This document shows positions 61,031 to 64,000 of a stretch of DNA of 64,000 nucleotides, one piece after another (within the stretch, counting starts at the first letter, position 1; every line of letters begins with the position of its first letter). The stretch is from positions 664,993 through 728,992 of the forward strand of contig MU004234.1 in NCBI GenBank assembly GCA_010405405.1. The letters are read 5' to 3'. Source of the stretch: Microthyrium microscopicum. Lineage: Eukaryota. The translations under genes and the position numbers were made by a program. The notes under the pieces were generated by a model. The model worked only from the letters and a program-made list of their open reading frames with translations, did not search any database and was not told where the DNA came from.

Positions 61031-61372
61031 GAACGGTCCAATTTATGATTTTCTCTTTCAATCTAGCAGATCCTGCTTCACTTCTCACCATTATAACGGC
61101 GATTTGAGTGAGTCTTTGCAGCCAGGTTTGGAAGATGGCAGTGGATGGGCATCAATATCTGGAACAGCATCCGACTACTTTGGAATGGAACCACGGTTGT
61201 TCCCAACCACAACCACGATGATGATGAGCAATAACGATCTGCAAGGAAACTAGTGTTTTGCAGAGCATTACTTTGGACAATATGAATAAATCCCACTTAC
61301 CCAAAAACAAAATCTTACTTAATGTGAAGTCCTCTATTTTACTATTTCTAGCCTTTTCACGACGACTCAACG

Positions 61373-62904
61373 ATGGAGCAGTTTCCCAACAATAAAGATG
61401 GCGAACAAGAACCGGGCAATTGTCAGTGCGCCAAATCAGGTGTGCTAAACAACAGTATCTAACTTGTGTAGATTGGCTGTCAGGAAGGCCTGATCCACTT
61501 TCTCCATATGTTCAAAGAGACAGTCGAGGAACTCCATTACGCTCCATCCAGTTTCTTGCTACAGACCAGATCAAGAGCAACAATAACCCCTTCGGATTTC
61601 TAGAGCTGACACCGCCGGTGGTGCTGGAGCCCTTCGACTGTGAAAAGCCTAGTTGGCAACCCAGAGAAGCAGTCCAACACTCCCAGCCGACTGTATCAGA
61701 TGAGCCAGCTCAGACAAGTGAAGCCGAAAGCGATGACTCCGTGATTTATATCTCAGCATTCCGAGCGCAAGCCGCAGCCCAAGAAAGAGAGGAAGCAAAA
61801 CACTTCCCTCCAAGACACCGCAGAGGACCAGGCAAATTCAATTCTGTAGCGGGAGCTGAAGAAACCCGCCAGATGTTCCGGGACAATGCAGCAGCAGACA
61901 AAGCACGCAAACAATTACTCCAGCCAGCCTCATCTCACCAGCAGCAAACACGCATCACTCCCATCTCAGACTCACCACACACAGTGAAAGGTGAGTGTCA
62001 CAAATGCCATCACCATGAGCGCTGTCTCAGAGGCACACCACTGCAGTGTGTTGACTGTCGGACGATACCGCCCATCTCAGATACTATCTGGGAGCAACAA
62101 AAATCAGACCAGCGCGCCGCCCAGACATATTTTAGTCCTGAATCAATTGCAAGAATCTTAAACCACCAAAACCCTTCATCCAAAGACCATCCACCTACGC
62201 CTGATCTCAAAGCTATCAACCCTCTTACCACAGAAGCACTCACAAAACCCAATAGACAGCCAAACGCACCTGGCTTGACAGACGAGCTACTACACCGGGA
62301 ATTACATCGCGAACCCGATTTTAGCCAAGTGAACGTGGATACTTTCAAAGATTTTACAGACAGTTCCGACGAATCATCGTCTGACGAAGGACCATTGGTT
62401 GGTATTTCGGCACGAGGAAGTATGACAGCACATAGGAAAGTTGGGGATAAGCACGGCGGACGCCGAACACATCCTAACAAAAGCACAAAGACTGCGTTTC
62501 CCGCAGCCAAGGAGCATCCGCTGAAGCCAGACATGGGGAATAAGGATCCTGGAGCAGTCGCTACTGCATCAGCGTCGAAGGAACAGCCTGTTGGGGACAG
62601 TACTGCGAGTTCGAGTAAGGCAAAAGTTGTTTGGACAGAGGCGCCGCCAAAGACTGCTGCGGCGAAGGATTCGAAGAAGGCTGTGAAGAAGCCGGCGAGT
62701 CTGAAGTCTGTAGATTTAAAGTCTGATGCCAGCGAGGGTAAGAAATGCGAATCGCGCAGTGTCGATTCCTTTGCTGACGAGTTGATAGATGCGGAGTGGC
62801 ATATTGTTGATGGAGACGATCTCGATGGGATTGCGCAGCACAAGGAGGCGCCGAAGAAGAAAGGGACTGTCACAGGGTGGGCGAAGAAGAAGCTTTTCGG
62901 ATAG
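61373..62904 (+). CDS. Hypothetical, largely disordered protein with a small Cys/His cluster; exons 61373-61421, 61472-62904
   Basis: ATG GAG CAG...AAT T|GTCAGT intron with CTAAC and TAG restores the frame of the 494-codon ORF; CHKCHHHERC...CVDC motif. Confidence 0.7.
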
Positions 62905-64000
62905 ACGGGGCGTTTGCTGGATAGCAATATCTTGCTGGCGAACCAGAACCAGCAGGTTGAACTGTTGAATACATTATTGAGTGGTCCTTGCAGTCGAGAG
63001 CGTTTGGTGGCTGTGTGAGTCAGAAGGATCTACGAATATTATAAATCTGAATCGTAACTTATGAATATGTATTCTTCATGACCTTGCCCAACAGCTATCA
63101 CGAGAAACGGAGATGCCGCTGACCAACATCATACGAATGCGTAGACAGTTCCCTAGACAATGTCTTGGGTAATTTCCTGGACATTTTCCTAGATAGAATC
63201 CTACAGTGTGTTTCGGGCAGTTTCTTAGATGATGTCAAACATAGATGCTCAACTAAGTCATCATGATCCACACCGTAATAGATAAATCGCAGGATCGTAC
63301 TAACGAAGCATCGAAGTCAGGTCCATATGACGATGATGAACCCATGGCTGTATGTAGTATGGTACGAACAGGATCCCGACGTACTCCTAGGTGGGCAGAT
63401 GCAGAATAAGCAGCAAGGAGGATGAAGGATGAAGTTGGAGATAGGTAAAAATGGCGTTGGATGATCAAGATTGACCAGTGAGGTTCAAGTGACACGGCCA
63501 TTTTTATTCTTCTCTTGCATGCAGCAAGGATCGGGATCAACCTTAATTGGACAAAGGTTTCTAGAAGGCTTATGTTCAGAAGAGAATTCGACCCTCCACA
63601 ATCTGGGCATGCAGTCCTGTCAAGCATGCGAGTGGAGAAAGGTCGAAATGATTGATATGATAGGATCCCCAGCCATATGGATAAGGGAAGACCCGAATGG
63701 CGTGGATATCGTACTACAACGTACATGGTCTGGTGGCCGCGTAGGTCACCAAGGTGATTCTGGAGATCATTGGAGTTTTGCCGCTGTTCATGGTTCATGG
63801 GATTTTCTCTGGCTGGGACAGCATCGTGATGGCATGAGACCTGCGATAAAGTCCAGTGGCGATCTTAAAGTTGCAAGAGCCGCAAGTGATCACTTACATA
63901 CCAACCACAGCATTTGGTAACTAGCACAACTGGACAACTAACACGTGGATAAGGTGAAATACAGAGCAGAAAGCAAGAAGGAATGGGAGGAAGTTGAAGA

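Noticed and set aside
62010..62927. 305-aa antisense ORF
   Set aside because: Shadow of the plus-strand coding frame; non-ATG start, and composition mirrors the sense codons.
63253..63920. Overlapping ORFs at the window end
   Set aside because: No motif support on either strand; no gene model could be built.

Overview
Gene-dense genomic DNA from a filamentous ascomycete (Pezizomycotina; short GT-AG introns with CTRAC branch points and a local RIP-like signature). About 25 protein-coding loci are supported. Housekeeping genes: an amino-acid permease, NOP16, BZZ1, the complex I 30-kDa subunit, NOT4, YBP1, GIT1 and SES1. Other loci: a KdsD/KpsF-like SIS isomerase, an ABCG half-transporter, a MOCOS-like PLP enzyme, an alpha/beta hydrolase, a GNAT, a GH75 chitosanase, a Zn2Cys6 factor and several orphans. 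No tRNA, rRNA, CRISPR array or intact transposon was recognised. Five things stand out. (1) The permease has three unusually long introns that share a CTCCCATCA/TGATGGGAG motif family, in tandem and inverted arrangement, and the same motif sits in a 28-bp inverted repeat just 3' of the gene, suggesting an undescribed RNA-structure or cis-regulatory system. (2) A cluster of four paralogous secreted C-CC-C-CC proteins includes a pseudogene missed by the ORF track and one member carrying a Kex2-flanked hydrophobic peptide. (3) A HET-domain gene lies head-to-head with a membrane-protein gene. (4) NOT4 appears able to make short and long isoforms through a 0.8-1.1 kb alternative intron. (5) A small RIP-mutated island carries 10-mer tandem repeats. 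All calls come from manual reading and motif recognition; no searches were run.
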